Origin: Methanobacteriota archaeon
GTDB taxonomy: Archaea > Thermoplasmatota > E2 > DHVEG-1
Assembly: GCA_963769885.1 (NCBI GenBank)
Contig: CAVYNH010000006.1
Coordinates: 704,001-768,000 of the forward strand
Direction of reading: 5' to 3'
DNA length: 64,000 nt
Shown: positions 49,775-59,504 of the stretch, one piece after another
Layout: each line of letters opens with the position of its first letter
How positions within the stretch are numbered: the stretch's first letter is position 1
Translations under genes and position numbers: made by a program
The notes under the pieces: generated by a model
The model's input: only the letters and a program-made list of their open reading frames with translations
The model's database searches: none
Told to the model about the DNA's origin: nothing

Positions 49775-50941
49775 ATGAAAAATTGGATAGTGGTTGGGGT
49801 AGTCCTGCTGTTTCTTGGCTCAAGCGTACCCGTTTTAGCACACTCAAAGGAGAAGGCTAGTCTTCCTTCATCCAGTGGAAATATCCTCTATGTAGGAGGC
49901 TCTGGACAAGGGAATTATACGAAGATACAGGATGCTATCAATGCCTCCTCCGAGGGGGATACAGTCTTTGTCTATGATGATTCCTCTCCTTATTATGAAT
50001 TTATTTCTATACACAAATCAATTAGTCTAGTTGGCGAGGAAAAAAACAAGACAATAATAGAATATCTCAACAACGAATATGACGGGACTATTCAGGTTGA
50101 TTCCAACTCAGTTACTATAAAATCTTTTACTATCAAAAATAATCAAGCCTTTGGTGAAGGAGTTCTAAGTTTGTATAATAATAATGTAACTCTAGCAGAT
50201 ATTAATATTGAAACAGAAGGAAATGGAATATTACTTTATAATTGTCAAAATATAACCATGGATTTTGATACCATAAGTTCCTGTGGTAAGTTTGGAATTC
50301 AATTTGCCGCCAGTTCGTTTAACACAGTTACAAACTGCGATTTTATTAATAATGGCCGTGGCATCTATATTCAAAGCGATGGTCTTTCAAATGGCAATAG
50401 AATGTATCATAATGATTTTATAAATAATACAATAAATGCTATGGATTGCGGAAATAATATATGGGATAATGGTTACCCGTCAGGAGGTAATTATTGGTCT
50501 GATTATACAGGGTTTGATAATAATAGCGATGGCATTGGAGATACACCATATAATATATCGGGGACTGGAGGAAATCAAGACCACTATCCTTTGATGCAAC
50601 CCTATAGTGCGACAAAACTTACAATAAGGATTCAACCAAAATTGTTTAGAGAATTGATTTTCATTAAGAACGCGGGAAATACTACGGCTTTTAATGTTCA
50701 ATGTAGCATAAAGATAGATGGTGGATTCATTCTCTTTGGTAGAAATTATTCATCGGAACTCCAACAACCTCTTCCAACCAATCAAGAGGTAAATATTTTA
50801 AAAATTGTCCTACTAGGGCTGGGTAATATAGAGATTACTTACATAGCATGGGCAGATAATACTCCAATTGAAGCAACAAGAATAAAGGGAGTCTTACTAG
50901 GTTTTTTCCTATTAATTAAATCTCTATCTTCAGCAACATAA
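49775..50941 (+). CDS. Secreted NosD/pectin-lyase-like beta-helix protein with shared C-terminal domain
   Basis: LYVGGSGQGNYTKIQDAI, N-rich beta-helix repeats, NIWDNGYPSGGNYWSDY, DHYPL. Confidence 0.85.
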   Translation: MKNWIVVGVVLLFLGSSVPVLAHSKEKASLPSSSGNILYVGGSGQGNYTKIQDAINASSEGDTVFVYDDSSPYYEFISIHKSISLVGEEKNKTIIEYLNNEYDGTIQVDSNSVTIKSFTIKNNQAFGEGVLSLYNNNVTLADINIETEGNGILLYNCQNITMDFDTISSCGKFGIQFAASSFNTVTNCDFINNGRGIYIQSDGLSNGNRMYHNDFINNTINAMDCGNNIWDNGYPSGGNYWSDYTGFDNNSDGIGDTPYNISGTGGNQDHYPLMQPYSATKLTIRIQPKLFRELIFIKNAGNTTAFNVQCSIKIDGGFILFGRNYSSELQQPLPTNQEVNILKIVLLGLGNIEITYIAWADNTPIEATRIKGVLLGFFLLIKSLSSAT

Positions 50942-50977
50942 CTCTATGAAATCTCGACTATGAATTAGAGAAGAGGA

Positions 50978-51754
50978 ATGAAGATAATGGATAAGAAGAG
51001 CATCGTAGGAATCAGCATCCTGGCTGTTGTTCTCATCGTTCTTGGCTCTCAAACGAATGTCGTAGGGTATCAGACAGTAAAGTCACGCCAAGAAAACGAT
51101 TGTATTAATGTGACTATTCAACCTTGTGGCATTAGAGGGTTTGGGGATACCTCAGTCAGACTCACAAGACAACAGTTTGAAAATCTTAGAAGGTTCCTTG
51201 AAACTTTCAGTACAAGGCTAAACCAAACGAAAACGAGAGAAGAGGCACTTCTACTTTTCAAAAACGCTATTGCCGAATTGCATGAGTATGGATTGTTGCC
51301 GAGAGGAATGAGCATCCGACAAGCTCAGAACCTTGTTCTTGGGAACAACCTAAGGATCCCCCATAAAACGATGGCCAGGCATGGCAGTAATCATCCTGAG
51401 ATAATTAATCTGGCTTGCTTGGTCTATGTCAAAGGTGAAAATGCCGCCAACTTAGGTTTATTTTCCAATATGGCATATCGTCTTTTTTACATATTTCCTC
51501 GAATCGGCCTTCTCTTGTTTTACTTAACTCAATTTAATCCATTCCTTCCATTCAACATCGTGTGTCTCTATCCAGAGAACCTGGTCTCAATCGGTTTATA
51601 CGGGATTGTTCAAAAGAGCGACGGCAGACTTACCGATATGATTTATTTCACTGGTCTCAAAATAGTCACGGAACCCAAGTTCAATGGATTTATGATTGAA
51701 CAAGCGGTGTATATTGGGTGCTCTGCGATTATCAGCTATCGTCTCGTGCCATGA
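50978..51754 (+). CDS. Secreted hypothetical protein
   Basis: Signal peptide ...ILAVVLIVLGSQTNVVGYQTV; FTGLKI near the C-terminus. Confidence 0.7.
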   Translation: MKIMDKKSIVGISILAVVLIVLGSQTNVVGYQTVKSRQENDCINVTIQPCGIRGFGDTSVRLTRQQFENLRRFLETFSTRLNQTKTREEALLLFKNAIAELHEYGLLPRGMSIRQAQNLVLGNNLRIPHKTMARHGSNHPEIINLACLVYVKGENAANLGLFSNMAYRLFYIFPRIGLLLFYLTQFNPFLPFNIVCLYPENLVSIGLYGIVQKSDGRLTDMIYFTGLKIVTEPKFNGFMIEQAVYIGCSAIISYRLVP

Positions 51755-51915
51755 AGAAATTAGTCCTTGTCGGGGTAAGCATCTTCGCTATTCTTCTAAC
51801 CTAACAAGGTAGTCAATAGAATAGCACCTTACTCATGGATACTTACCTACTCCTTCTGAAGACAGTCAATTCGATACCAAATCTTTTAAAGCACCCTCGA
51901 ACTATAGCCCTGCAT

Positions 51916-52356
51916 ATGAAACGACTCCTGATTGCCTACGATGGGTCCGATGCGTCGCAGAAGGCGCTGGATGTGGCCGCGAACTGCTCCCAGCCTGAGG
52001 ACGAGGTCATCCTCCTGACAGTGATCCCGGCGGCGCTGACGGAATCCACCTTTACGAACATGCTCTTGCCCACGATTGACCTAAGCACCGTCGTCCAGCC
52101 GGGGACGTTCAAGGAAAAAGCCATGGAGAACCTCTCCAAGGTCGCCAAGCAGCTGGAGTGCAAGGTCAGCAAGGTCGAAGTCGTCGTCGAAGCCGGGGAC
52201 CCGGCCGACGAGATCCTCCTCATCGCGAAGAAGTACGACGCGGACATGGTCCTCATCGGCTTCAAAGGCTACGGCAAGGAAGGCCGCTTCCTCCTCGGCA
52301 GCGTCACCGATAAAGTCGTCCGCCACGCCAGCCGCTCCGTCCTCGTCGTCCGCTAA
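51916..52356 (+). CDS. Universal stress protein (UspA family)
   Basis: LIAYDGS, GDPADEIL, LLGSVTDKVVRHA..VLVVR. Confidence 0.92.
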   Translation: MKRLLIAYDGSDASQKALDVAANCSQPEDEVILLTVIPAALTESTFTNMLLPTIDLSTVVQPGTFKEKAMENLSKVAKQLECKVSKVEVVVEAGDPADEILLIAKKYDADMVLIGFKGYGKEGRFLLGSVTDKVVRHASRSVLVVR

Positions 52357-52372
52357 CCCCACGTTTCGTGTT

Positions 52373-53578
52373 ATGCATCCTGTCGAAGAACTCCGGGGAT
52401 CAACCAGCCGCCTGCTCCATAGGCAGCGCATCCTGTTCGGCGTCACAGGCAGCATCGCCGCGGTCGAGTCCGTTCGCATCGCCCGCGAGCTGATCCGCCA
52501 CGGCGCCGACGTCTTCCCGGTGATGACGCCGGCGGCGACCCGCATTCTGCACCCGGATGCCTTGGAGTTCGCGACCGGGCACCGCCCCGTCACCCAGCTG
52601 TCCGGGCAGGTGGAGCACGTGCAGTGGTGCGGCCTCGTCCCCGACCCCGTCAACCTCGTCGTCCTCCCCGGGTGCACCGCCAACACCATCAGCAAGATCG
52701 CCCACGGCATAGACGACACCGCGGTGACGACCTGCGTGACGACCGCGCTTGGCTCACAAGTCCCTGTTCTTCTTATCCCAGCGATGCACAAATCCATGTA
52801 CTCCAACCGGTTCATCCAGGCGAATGTCAAGGCCTGCCGGCAGGCGGGCATCACCGTCCTCGAGCCACGGATAGACCGGACGAAGGCGAGGCTCGCCGAC
52901 CTCCCCGTCATCATCTCCACTATCGTCCGCCTCCTATCTCCCAAGATGCTTGCTGGGAGACGAATCCTCATCATCGGCGGGGCGACCGCGGAGACCATCG
53001 ACGACATCAGAGTTCTGACCAACCGCAGCTCAGGCAAAATGGCGGCCGCGCTCGCCGTCGCCGCCTACGAGCAGGGCGCCGCGGTCGACCTGTGGTATGG
53101 CAACGCCACCGAATCCATCCCCTCCTTCGTCTCCGTCACCCCGTTCACCACCACCCAGGATCTCCTCACCCTAGTCCGCCGGCGGCCGATCAACACCTAC
53201 GACGGCATCATCGTCTGCGCCGCCATCGCCAACTACATCCCCAAACGGACTAAGGGGAAGATCCCCTCAGGTAAGGACGAGCTGACCATCACCTGCCATC
53301 CCGCCCCCAAGATCCTGGAAACCCTCCGAGCCAAGGCACCCGCCGTCCCCATCGTCGCCTTCAAAGCAGAGGAAACCAAATCCCAGTTGCATCGAGAAGC
53401 CAAGCGACTCATCAAAACCTACAAGCTCCAAGGCGCGGTCGGCAACACGCTCGCCTCCTTCGGCACAGACACAACCGAGATCCTCATCCTCCCCAGAACC
53501 GGAAAAGCCGTTTGGATAACTGGGAAAAAACCCGAGCTCGCACGCGACATCATCAGTCGGTTCGCCTCCCTTTTCTAG
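52373..53578 (+). CDS. coaBC: Bifunctional phosphopantothenoylcysteine decarboxylase / phosphopantothenate--cysteine ligase
   Basis: GVTGSIAA, TANTISKIAHG, PAMH, IDDIRVLTNRSSGKM, AFKAE. Confidence 0.93.
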   Translation: MHPVEELRGSTSRLLHRQRILFGVTGSIAAVESVRIARELIRHGADVFPVMTPAATRILHPDALEFATGHRPVTQLSGQVEHVQWCGLVPDPVNLVVLPGCTANTISKIAHGIDDTAVTTCVTTALGSQVPVLLIPAMHKSMYSNRFIQANVKACRQAGITVLEPRIDRTKARLADLPVIISTIVRLLSPKMLAGRRILIIGGATAETIDDIRVLTNRSSGKMAAALAVAAYEQGAAVDLWYGNATESIPSFVSVTPFTTTQDLLTLVRRRPINTYDGIIVCAAIANYIPKRTKGKIPSGKDELTITCHPAPKILETLRAKAPAVPIVAFKAEETKSQLHREAKRLIKTYKLQGAVGNTLASFGTDTTEILILPRTGKAVWITGKKPELARDIISRFASLF

Positions 53579-53590
53579 AGCCTGATCGTC

Positions 53591-54478
53591 ATGGAAGCTA
53601 CGGCCTTCGTCCCAGGGCATATCTCCGCGTTCTTCGAACCCGTCTTCAACCCGCAGCAGAGCCTCGACCGCACCGGCTCACGCGGCGCTGGCCTCTGCCT
53701 CACCCTCGGCGCCACCAGCACCGTCACCCTCACCCCCGCCCCACAACAGGACCTGACCATCACCCTCAACGGCAAAACCGTCAAGGCCACCGTCACCCGC
53801 CTCACCTGTCGCCACCTCCTCGGAGACCACCCCGCCGAAGTCGCCGTCCGCACCGAATCAACGCTCCCCGTCAGCCAGGGCTTTGGCATGAGCGCCGCTG
53901 GCGCCTACAGCGCCGCCCTCGCCCTCGCCAGACTTCTCGGACGCCCCCAGACCGACGCCCTCCAGGCCGCGCACCACGCCGAAGTCCAGATGAAGACCGG
54001 CCTCGGCGACGTCATCGCCAGCACCATCGGCGGCATTGAGATCCGCCGCCAACCCGGGCTCCCCCCCTGGGGGATGCTCGAACACATCCCGGGTCAGGCC
54101 GACGTCGTCCTCTGCGTCGTCGGCGCCCCCATCAAAACCAAAGACATCCTCACCGACCCCGCCACAGTCGCCAAGATCGCAGCGGTCGGCCGCCGCTGCA
54201 CCCGCCAACTCCTCACCCATCCCTCCCTCGAGAACCTCTTCCGCCTCGGACACAAATTCGCCAAGGAAACCGGCCTGGCAAACGAGACTGTCCAAGCCGC
54301 CATCGACGCCGCCTCCCCCTACGGGCTCGCCAGCATGTGCATGCTCGGCAATTCCATTTTTGCGATAGGCAACACCGAGATGCTGCAAAAAACCCTCGGC
54401 GCCTTCGGCAAAACCTGGCTCACCCAGATCGACCAGACCGGCGCCAGACTCCTGGAAAAATCACGGAAGAAACTCTAA
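53591..54478 (+). CDS. Pantoate kinase (GHMP family)
   Basis: AFVPGHIS, GSRGAG, P..QGFGMSAA, AHHAEV..TGLGDV; follows coaBC. Confidence 0.9.
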   Translation: MEATAFVPGHISAFFEPVFNPQQSLDRTGSRGAGLCLTLGATSTVTLTPAPQQDLTITLNGKTVKATVTRLTCRHLLGDHPAEVAVRTESTLPVSQGFGMSAAGAYSAALALARLLGRPQTDALQAAHHAEVQMKTGLGDVIASTIGGIEIRRQPGLPPWGMLEHIPGQADVVLCVVGAPIKTKDILTDPATVAKIAAVGRRCTRQLLTHPSLENLFRLGHKFAKETGLANETVQAAIDAASPYGLASMCMLGNSIFAIGNTEMLQKTLGAFGKTWLTQIDQTGARLLEKSRKKL

Positions 54479-54504
54479 CCCCGTATTTTTTTAAAAAACG
54501 GCCT

Positions 54505-55422
54505 CTATTTCTTCAAATACAAGGCGCGGTACCGCTCCCACGTCCGGTCCGTATGGTCCTCGATCGCCTGCAGACGCACCGCATCCCGCGTCGGCTTGAA
54601 CAAATGCCCGAACCGCCCCTGATGCTTAATCCACTCCTCCACCGGCTTTCGAGGCACCTTCCCCTCCAGCAGCAGCTTGCTTCGCCCCTGAAACGTCATC
54701 ACGTCATTCTCACATTCCCACAACGCCCACGCCCCGCTATCCACCGCGAGCCGACCCATCTCCACCGTACTATCCATACTGAACCGCCAGCCCGGCGGAC
54801 ACGGCGCCAGAATCTCAATGTACTTCGACCCCTTAATGGACTTTGCCTTCAACACCTTCGCGTACACATCCTCAGGATAGCTGATGCATGTCTGCGCCGC
54901 ATACGGGATATGATGCGCCAAGACGATCTCCCCCATCTCCTTACGGAACTCAGCCTTCCCCCCCACCGTCGTCGTTGTCCACGCCGCATACGGCGTCGCG
55001 CCGCTCCGCTGGATCCCCGTGTTCGAATAAATCTGATTGTTATAGCAGATGTAGATGAAGTTCGTCCTCCGCTCAAACGCACCCGACAGTGCCTGCAGCC
55101 CGATATCATACGTCCCGCCATCGCCGGCCCACGCGACGACCGTGATATCCTCACGGCCCTGCTTGCGCAAGGCGGCCTCCACCCCAGAGGCACCCGCGGC
55201 AGCGGCCTCAAAGGCGATGTTCATCACCGGCACCTCAAACGAGGTATTCGGATACAGGCTCTCGATGACCGCGGTGCAACAGGCGGGGACGACCATCACG
55301 GTCTTCTTCCCCAACGCCTTCAACACCAGCCGCAACCCCATCGTCGCCGGGCAACCAGGGCAGGCTGCATTCCCCTGCAGGATATACTCGTCAATCGGAA
55401 TATCCTTGATCGCCATCAGCAT
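54505..55422 (-). CDS. porB: 2-oxoacid (pyruvate/ketoisovalerate):ferredoxin oxidoreductase beta subunit
   Basis: ACPGC, GDGGTYDIG, YNNQIYSNTGIQRS, PCPPGW; substrate not determinable. Confidence 0.88.
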   Translation of the reverse strand: MLMAIKDIPIDEYILQGNAACPGCPATMGLRLVLKALGKKTVMVVPACCTAVIESLYPNTSFEVPVMNIAFEAAAAGASGVEAALRKQGREDITVVAWAGDGGTYDIGLQALSGAFERRTNFIYICYNNQIYSNTGIQRSGATPYAAWTTTTVGGKAEFRKEMGEIVLAHHIPYAAQTCISYPEDVYAKVLKAKSIKGSKYIEILAPCPPGWRFSMDSTVEMGRLAVDSGAWALWECENDVMTFQGRSKLLLEGKVPRKPVEEWIKHQGRFGHLFKPTRDAVRLQAIEDHTDRTWERYRALYLKK

Positions 55423-56576
55423 CCCTCCTCAACGCCGTACCAAACCTGTGGTCCCGTCTTCCCTTTTTGAACACGCTGCACCATGGACATCACATCCTGA
55501 TAGGTGACGTCCTTGCCGCCAAGACCAGCGATGTACCCATGAATCGAGACATCAGGAACCCCCAGCAAGGCCGCCTTCGCCTCTGTGAACAAGGCACCTT
55601 CACTCCCAACTGAGATGTTCCTGTCAATGACGACGAGCCGCGCCTGCTTCCCCAGCTCCACGATCGCCTCAATAGGGAAAGGACGGAAAACTCGAACGCG
55701 GGCGAGACCGACACGCTGACCCTGCCGACGCAGTTCACTGACCGCAAGCTTGCTTTCTGCACCAATCGCCCCCATAGCGAGCACGATGGTGTCAGCATCC
55801 TCGCAATCAACGTACTCAATGAGCCCGCCGTGAGAAAACCCAGACTGTTTCTTCCACTCCTTGGAAATCTGCGGGATCAGCTGCTTGGCCTGCAGCTGCG
55901 CCTGCTGCATCGCATACCGAACCTTAATATAGGGATCAGGGCCGATGATATTTCCAAACGTAATCGGGTTCTCAACCTCCAGCTTCCAGGCAGGGACGTA
56001 CTTACCGAGGTAGTCGTCAATCGTCTGCTGATCAGGGATAGTCGCGGGCATGGAGGTATGCGAAAGTACAAAGGCATTCAAATTGACCATGACTGGGAGG
56101 ACGATCCGGTGGTCCTCAGCAAGCTTGAATGCTTGGATGACGGTATCGAAAATCTCCTGGTTACTGCTGCAATAGAACTGGATCCACCCGGTGTCCCGCT
56201 GCGAGATTGAATCGTTCTCGTCAACCCAGATGTTCCATCCAGGGCCGACAACCCGGTTGATATTGCACATCACGACGGGGAGGCGTGCGAGCGCCGCCCA
56301 ATGTAGCATCTCATGCATAAGCAGGAGCCCATGCGATGAGGTCGCCGTGAACGTCCGTGAGCCGGCGGCGCTGGCGCCGATGCAGGCGCACATCGCTGAA
56401 TGCTCGCTTTCCACGCAAATATATTCCCCCTTGAACTCGCCCTTGGCGTAATACTCTGCGATGGCCTCAACCAGGGTCGTTTGCGGGGTAATGGGGTAGG
56501 CGGCGACAACATCGGGCTTGGCCATGATCGCGGCCTTGGCAGCAATCCGATTACCGGTATCAATTATAATGGTCAT
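55416..56576 (-). CDS. porA: 2-oxoacid:ferredoxin oxidoreductase alpha subunit
   Basis: AYPITPQT, ESEHSA, TATSSHGL, FRPFP, GLGGKD. Confidence 0.9.
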   Translation of the reverse strand: MTIIIDTGNRIAAKAAIMAKPDVVAAYPITPQTTLVEAIAEYYAKGEFKGEYICVESEHSAMCACIGASAAGSRTFTATSSHGLLLMHEMLHWAALARLPVVMCNINRVVGPGWNIWVDENDSISQRDTGWIQFYCSSNQEIFDTVIQAFKLAEDHRIVLPVMVNLNAFVLSHTSMPATIPDQQTIDDYLGKYVPAWKLEVENPITFGNIIGPDPYIKVRYAMQQAQLQAKQLIPQISKEWKKQSGFSHGGLIEYVDCEDADTIVLAMGAIGAESKLAVSELRRQGQRVGLARVRVFRPFPIEAIVELGKQARLVVIDRNISVGSEGALFTEAKAALLGVPDVSIHGYIAGLGGKDVTYQDVMSMVQRVQKGKTGPQVWYGVEEGC

Positions 56577-56845
56577 TCGGATTCCCCCTGGCGTTGCATG
56601 ATGATAGCCTTAACTGTGCATTCTTTTGCGCAGACGCCGCAGCCTTTGCAAAAATCATAGTCAATGGTCACGGATCCGTCAGGCTCTCGTTTGATGCTGC
56701 CTTCGGGGCAAAAGATCCAGCAACGGAGGCATTTCACACATTTATCTTTGTCGAGCGTGGGTCGGAAGACGCGCCAGCTGCCGGTCTTGCCCATGGCGCC
56801 TATCTTGGGGTAAGAGATGGAGGTGACGACCGGGTATTTCTTCAT
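56573..56845 (-). CDS. porD: 2-oxoacid:ferredoxin oxidoreductase delta subunit
   Basis: TGSWRVFRP, CVKCLRCWIFCP, CKGCGVCAKEC. Confidence 0.92.
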   Translation of the reverse strand: MKKYPVVTSISYPKIGAMGKTGSWRVFRPTLDKDKCVKCLRCWIFCPEGSIKREPDGSVTIDYDFCKGCGVCAKECTVKAIIMQRQGESE

Positions 56846-57423
56846 ATGTTGACCTCGGTCTTAGCGTAGGCGTCCTGCGTGGCTTGGACGTTACGTTCCC
56901 GCAGCTCTGCTTTCCCTTCCCATTTGCTGCGGATAGCTTCTTGGATAGATTTCAATGTGACGCGGTCGAGGATGCGTGGAATGGAGCCGAGGATGGGGGT
57001 GTTGACGACGGGGATGCCGCCGACGCGAATGTCATGGGCGATGGCGATGCCGGTGGCGTCGACAGTCGCGACGCTGTAGGTTTTGGAGAAGGGGAAGTCT
57101 TGCGGTTTTTTGCGGGTGTTGATGAGGATTTTACCATGTGCTTTGAGGCCTTTGAGGATGTCGACGATGTCTAGGATGCTTTCGTCGAGGACGATGACGA
57201 TATCAGGGGTATAAATTTCGCTGCGGAGGTGGATTTCGTCACTTGAGATGCGGGCGAAAGCTCTGACGGGGGCGCCGCGTCGTTCTGCGCCGAAAAAGGG
57301 GAATGCTTGGACGCCTTTGTTGCCATCTTGGAGGGCGGCGGCGGCGAGGAGGTTGGCGGCGGTGACTGCTCCTTGTCCGCCTCTGCCATGGAAAACGATT
57401 TCGACGAGTGAGTTTGATGTCAA
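56842..57423 (-). CDS. porG: 2-oxoacid:ferredoxin oxidoreductase gamma subunit
   Basis: HGRGGQGAVT, FGAERRGAP, VDATGIA, VNTPILG; probable TTG start at 57423. Confidence 0.9.
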   Translation of the reverse strand: MTSNSLVEIVFHGRGGQGAVTAANLLAAAALQDGNKGVQAFPFFGAERRGAPVRAFARISSDEIHLRSEIYTPDIVIVLDESILDIVDILKGLKAHGKILINTRKKPQDFPFSKTYSVATVDATGIAIAHDIRVGGIPVVNTPILGSIPRILDRVTLKSIQEAIRSKWEGKAELRERNVQATQDAYAKTEVNI

Positions 57424-57496
57424 AGTTGCGACCTTCCCGCAACTCGAAATACGGATGAGCCATATAACTGTTTTGACTGGGGAAAATGAGGGGGTG

Positions 57497-57787
57497 TTAG
57501 GCGATGGATTTGAGTTTGGTTTCAACGGTCGTGTGTTTGTCGCGGCGGTCGTCGATTTTGAGTTGGGTGATGACGCGTTTGGCGCCGGTGGCGAGGACGG
57601 CGTTATGGGCCTTTTCGACGGCTGTGAAGAGGGTGGGGAGGTCGGGTGCTTCGATGACGGTGGCCATGGCGTTGGGGTATAAGGTGATGTTTTTTTCTTG
57701 CTTGAGGCTATGGAGAGCGGTTTTGACGTGGCAGCTGACGCTAGTGGATTGCCCGAGGGGGACGATGCTAAGTTCTGCGATAATCAT
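57497..57787 (-). CDS. MTH1187/YkoF thiamine-binding-like protein
   Basis: AELSIVPLG, MATVIE, RVITQLKIDDRRDK. Confidence 0.88.
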   Translation of the reverse strand: MIIAELSIVPLGQSTSVSCHVKTALHSLKQEKNITLYPNAMATVIEAPDLPTLFTAVEKAHNAVLATGAKRVITQLKIDDRRDKHTTVETKLKSIA

Positions 57788-57875
57788 AGTGGGGTGAATG
57801 AGGGGGGATTGGGCTGGGGTTCGAGTTGGGCTGAAGGCGAGGTTTTTATGTATTTTTTTGTATATCTTTTTATAG

Positions 57876-58133
57876 CTATGGTTCTTCGAGGGGGCTTTTG
57901 CCTCGGATGGCTTCTTCTTCGAGGATCTTGAAGTCTGATTTGTCGAGGTCTTTCATCTCTTGTTTGACGAGGTCGAGGATGCCGACGATTGAGATGATGC
58001 TGAGTCTGCGGTGGTAGCGTCGGCAGGCTTTGACGAGTTCGCCGTACAATCGGGTCTCCATGGCCTTATATTCGAGCAGCTTGGGGCTGTCTAACACGTT
58101 GGTTTTGTCCGGCTCCATATCTCCATTCCTCAT
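57876..58133 (-). CDS. Hypothetical protein
   Basis: Helical ORF with AT-rich TATA-like upstream region. Confidence 0.55.
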   Translation of the reverse strand: MRNGDMEPDKTNVLDSPKLLEYKAMETRLYGELVKACRRYHRRLSIISIVGILDLVKQEMKDLDKSDFKILEEEAIRGKSPLEEP

Positions 58134-58188
58134 TCAGGAATAGAATCTCGTATCGTATTTATATCAGTTATTTTCAAAAAAAAGGGGA

Positions 58189-59400
58189 TTAATGGAGCCG
58201 TTTCTTCATGAATGACTCCATTTCATTGAAGGCGCTCTCAAGGGTCTCCATAGGCGGGAGGATGACGGCGCGGAAGTGGCTCTGGCCGTAGGTGGCGCAG
58301 AACCCGGAGCCGTTGACGACGAGCACGTGCGCCTGCTGCAGGAGGTCGAGGACGTACTCCTTGTCGGTCTTCCATGGTCCGCGTTCGAGGGCGATTTTGG
58401 GGAAGATGTAGAAGGCGCCGTCCGGTTTCGCTGTGGAGATGCCGGGGATCTCGTTGAGGCGTTTGTAGGAGAAATCGCGGCGTTTGCGCAGCTTGTCGTT
58501 GGTGGCCTTAATGTGGTCCTGAGGGCCGCGCAGGGCGGTGATGCAGGCCTGCTGGCAGACGCTGCTGGCGCAGAGGCGGCTGCGGGCGATGCGCATGAAC
58601 GCGTCTTGAATATCGACCAGCTCGCCCCGGTGATGGAACATGGTGTAGCCGACGCGCCAGCCTGGCATGAGGTAGACTTTGGAGAAGCCGTTGAAGGTAA
58701 CGACGGGAACGTCCTTGGCCAGGGAGGCGGTGGCGTATTGGCGGCCGTCGAAGGTGAGGTCGTCGTAGATCTCGTCAGAGATAAGGAAGATGCCGTGCTC
58801 GGCGGCGATGTCGATGATCTCTTTAAGGACGGTGGGGGAGTAGAGGGCGCCAGTGGGGTTGTTGGGGTTGATGAGGACAATGGCCTTGGTACGGCTGGTA
58901 ATCTTATTACGGATGTCGTCGACGTCTGGCTGCCAGTTCTCCTCTTCAATGCAGCGGTAGGAGACGGGGACGGCGTCGTCGAACTTGGTGAGGAGGGTGT
59001 ATTGGGGGTAGGTGGGACCGGGGATGAGGAGTTCGTCGCCGGGGTCGAGCGAGGCGTTGAGGAGCATCTGGAGGCCTTCGGTAACGCCGGTGGTCATGCA
59101 GATGTCGTCCATGGTATAGGTGACGTTGTTGCGGCGTTTTTCGCGGTCGATGATAGCCTGGCGGAGCTCGGGGTAGCCTTCGGAGGGAGAGTAGCCGTTG
59201 TAGCCGTCGAGCGCCGCTTTGTATAAGGCGTCTTTGATGTGTTTGGGGGTGTCGAAGTCGTAGGCGTTGGGGTCGCCGATATTGAGGTGGAGAACCTTGA
59301 TGCCTTTCTTTTCGAGTTCTTTAGCGGGTTTGAGGACTTCGCGGATGGCGTAGGAGACTCCTTGGGATCTCTTGGAAGCACTCACCTGGTTCGTCATCAT
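58189..59400 (-). CDS. PLP-dependent class I/II aminotransferase (alanine aminotransferase-like)
   Basis: LNIGDP, INPNNPTG, SDEIYD, GFSKVYLMPGWRVG. Confidence 0.92.
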   Translation of the reverse strand: MMTNQVSASKRSQGVSYAIREVLKPAKELEKKGIKVLHLNIGDPNAYDFDTPKHIKDALYKAALDGYNGYSPSEGYPELRQAIIDREKRRNNVTYTMDDICMTTGVTEGLQMLLNASLDPGDELLIPGPTYPQYTLLTKFDDAVPVSYRCIEEENWQPDVDDIRNKITSRTKAIVLINPNNPTGALYSPTVLKEIIDIAAEHGIFLISDEIYDDLTFDGRQYATASLAKDVPVVTFNGFSKVYLMPGWRVGYTMFHHRGELVDIQDAFMRIARSRLCASSVCQQACITALRGPQDHIKATNDKLRKRRDFSYKRLNEIPGISTAKPDGAFYIFPKIALERGPWKTDKEYVLDLLQQAHVLVVNGSGFCATYGQSHFRAVILPPMETLESAFNEMESFMKKRLH

Positions 59401-59504
59401 GCTCTCACGAAGACCGGAGATAGGGAGAAGAGATAAAAAGCTACTGGTCCACTACGAAAGGGGGAGTCGTTTCCTTCTCTGGGGCGTGATTGCGTGTCGT
59501 TTTT

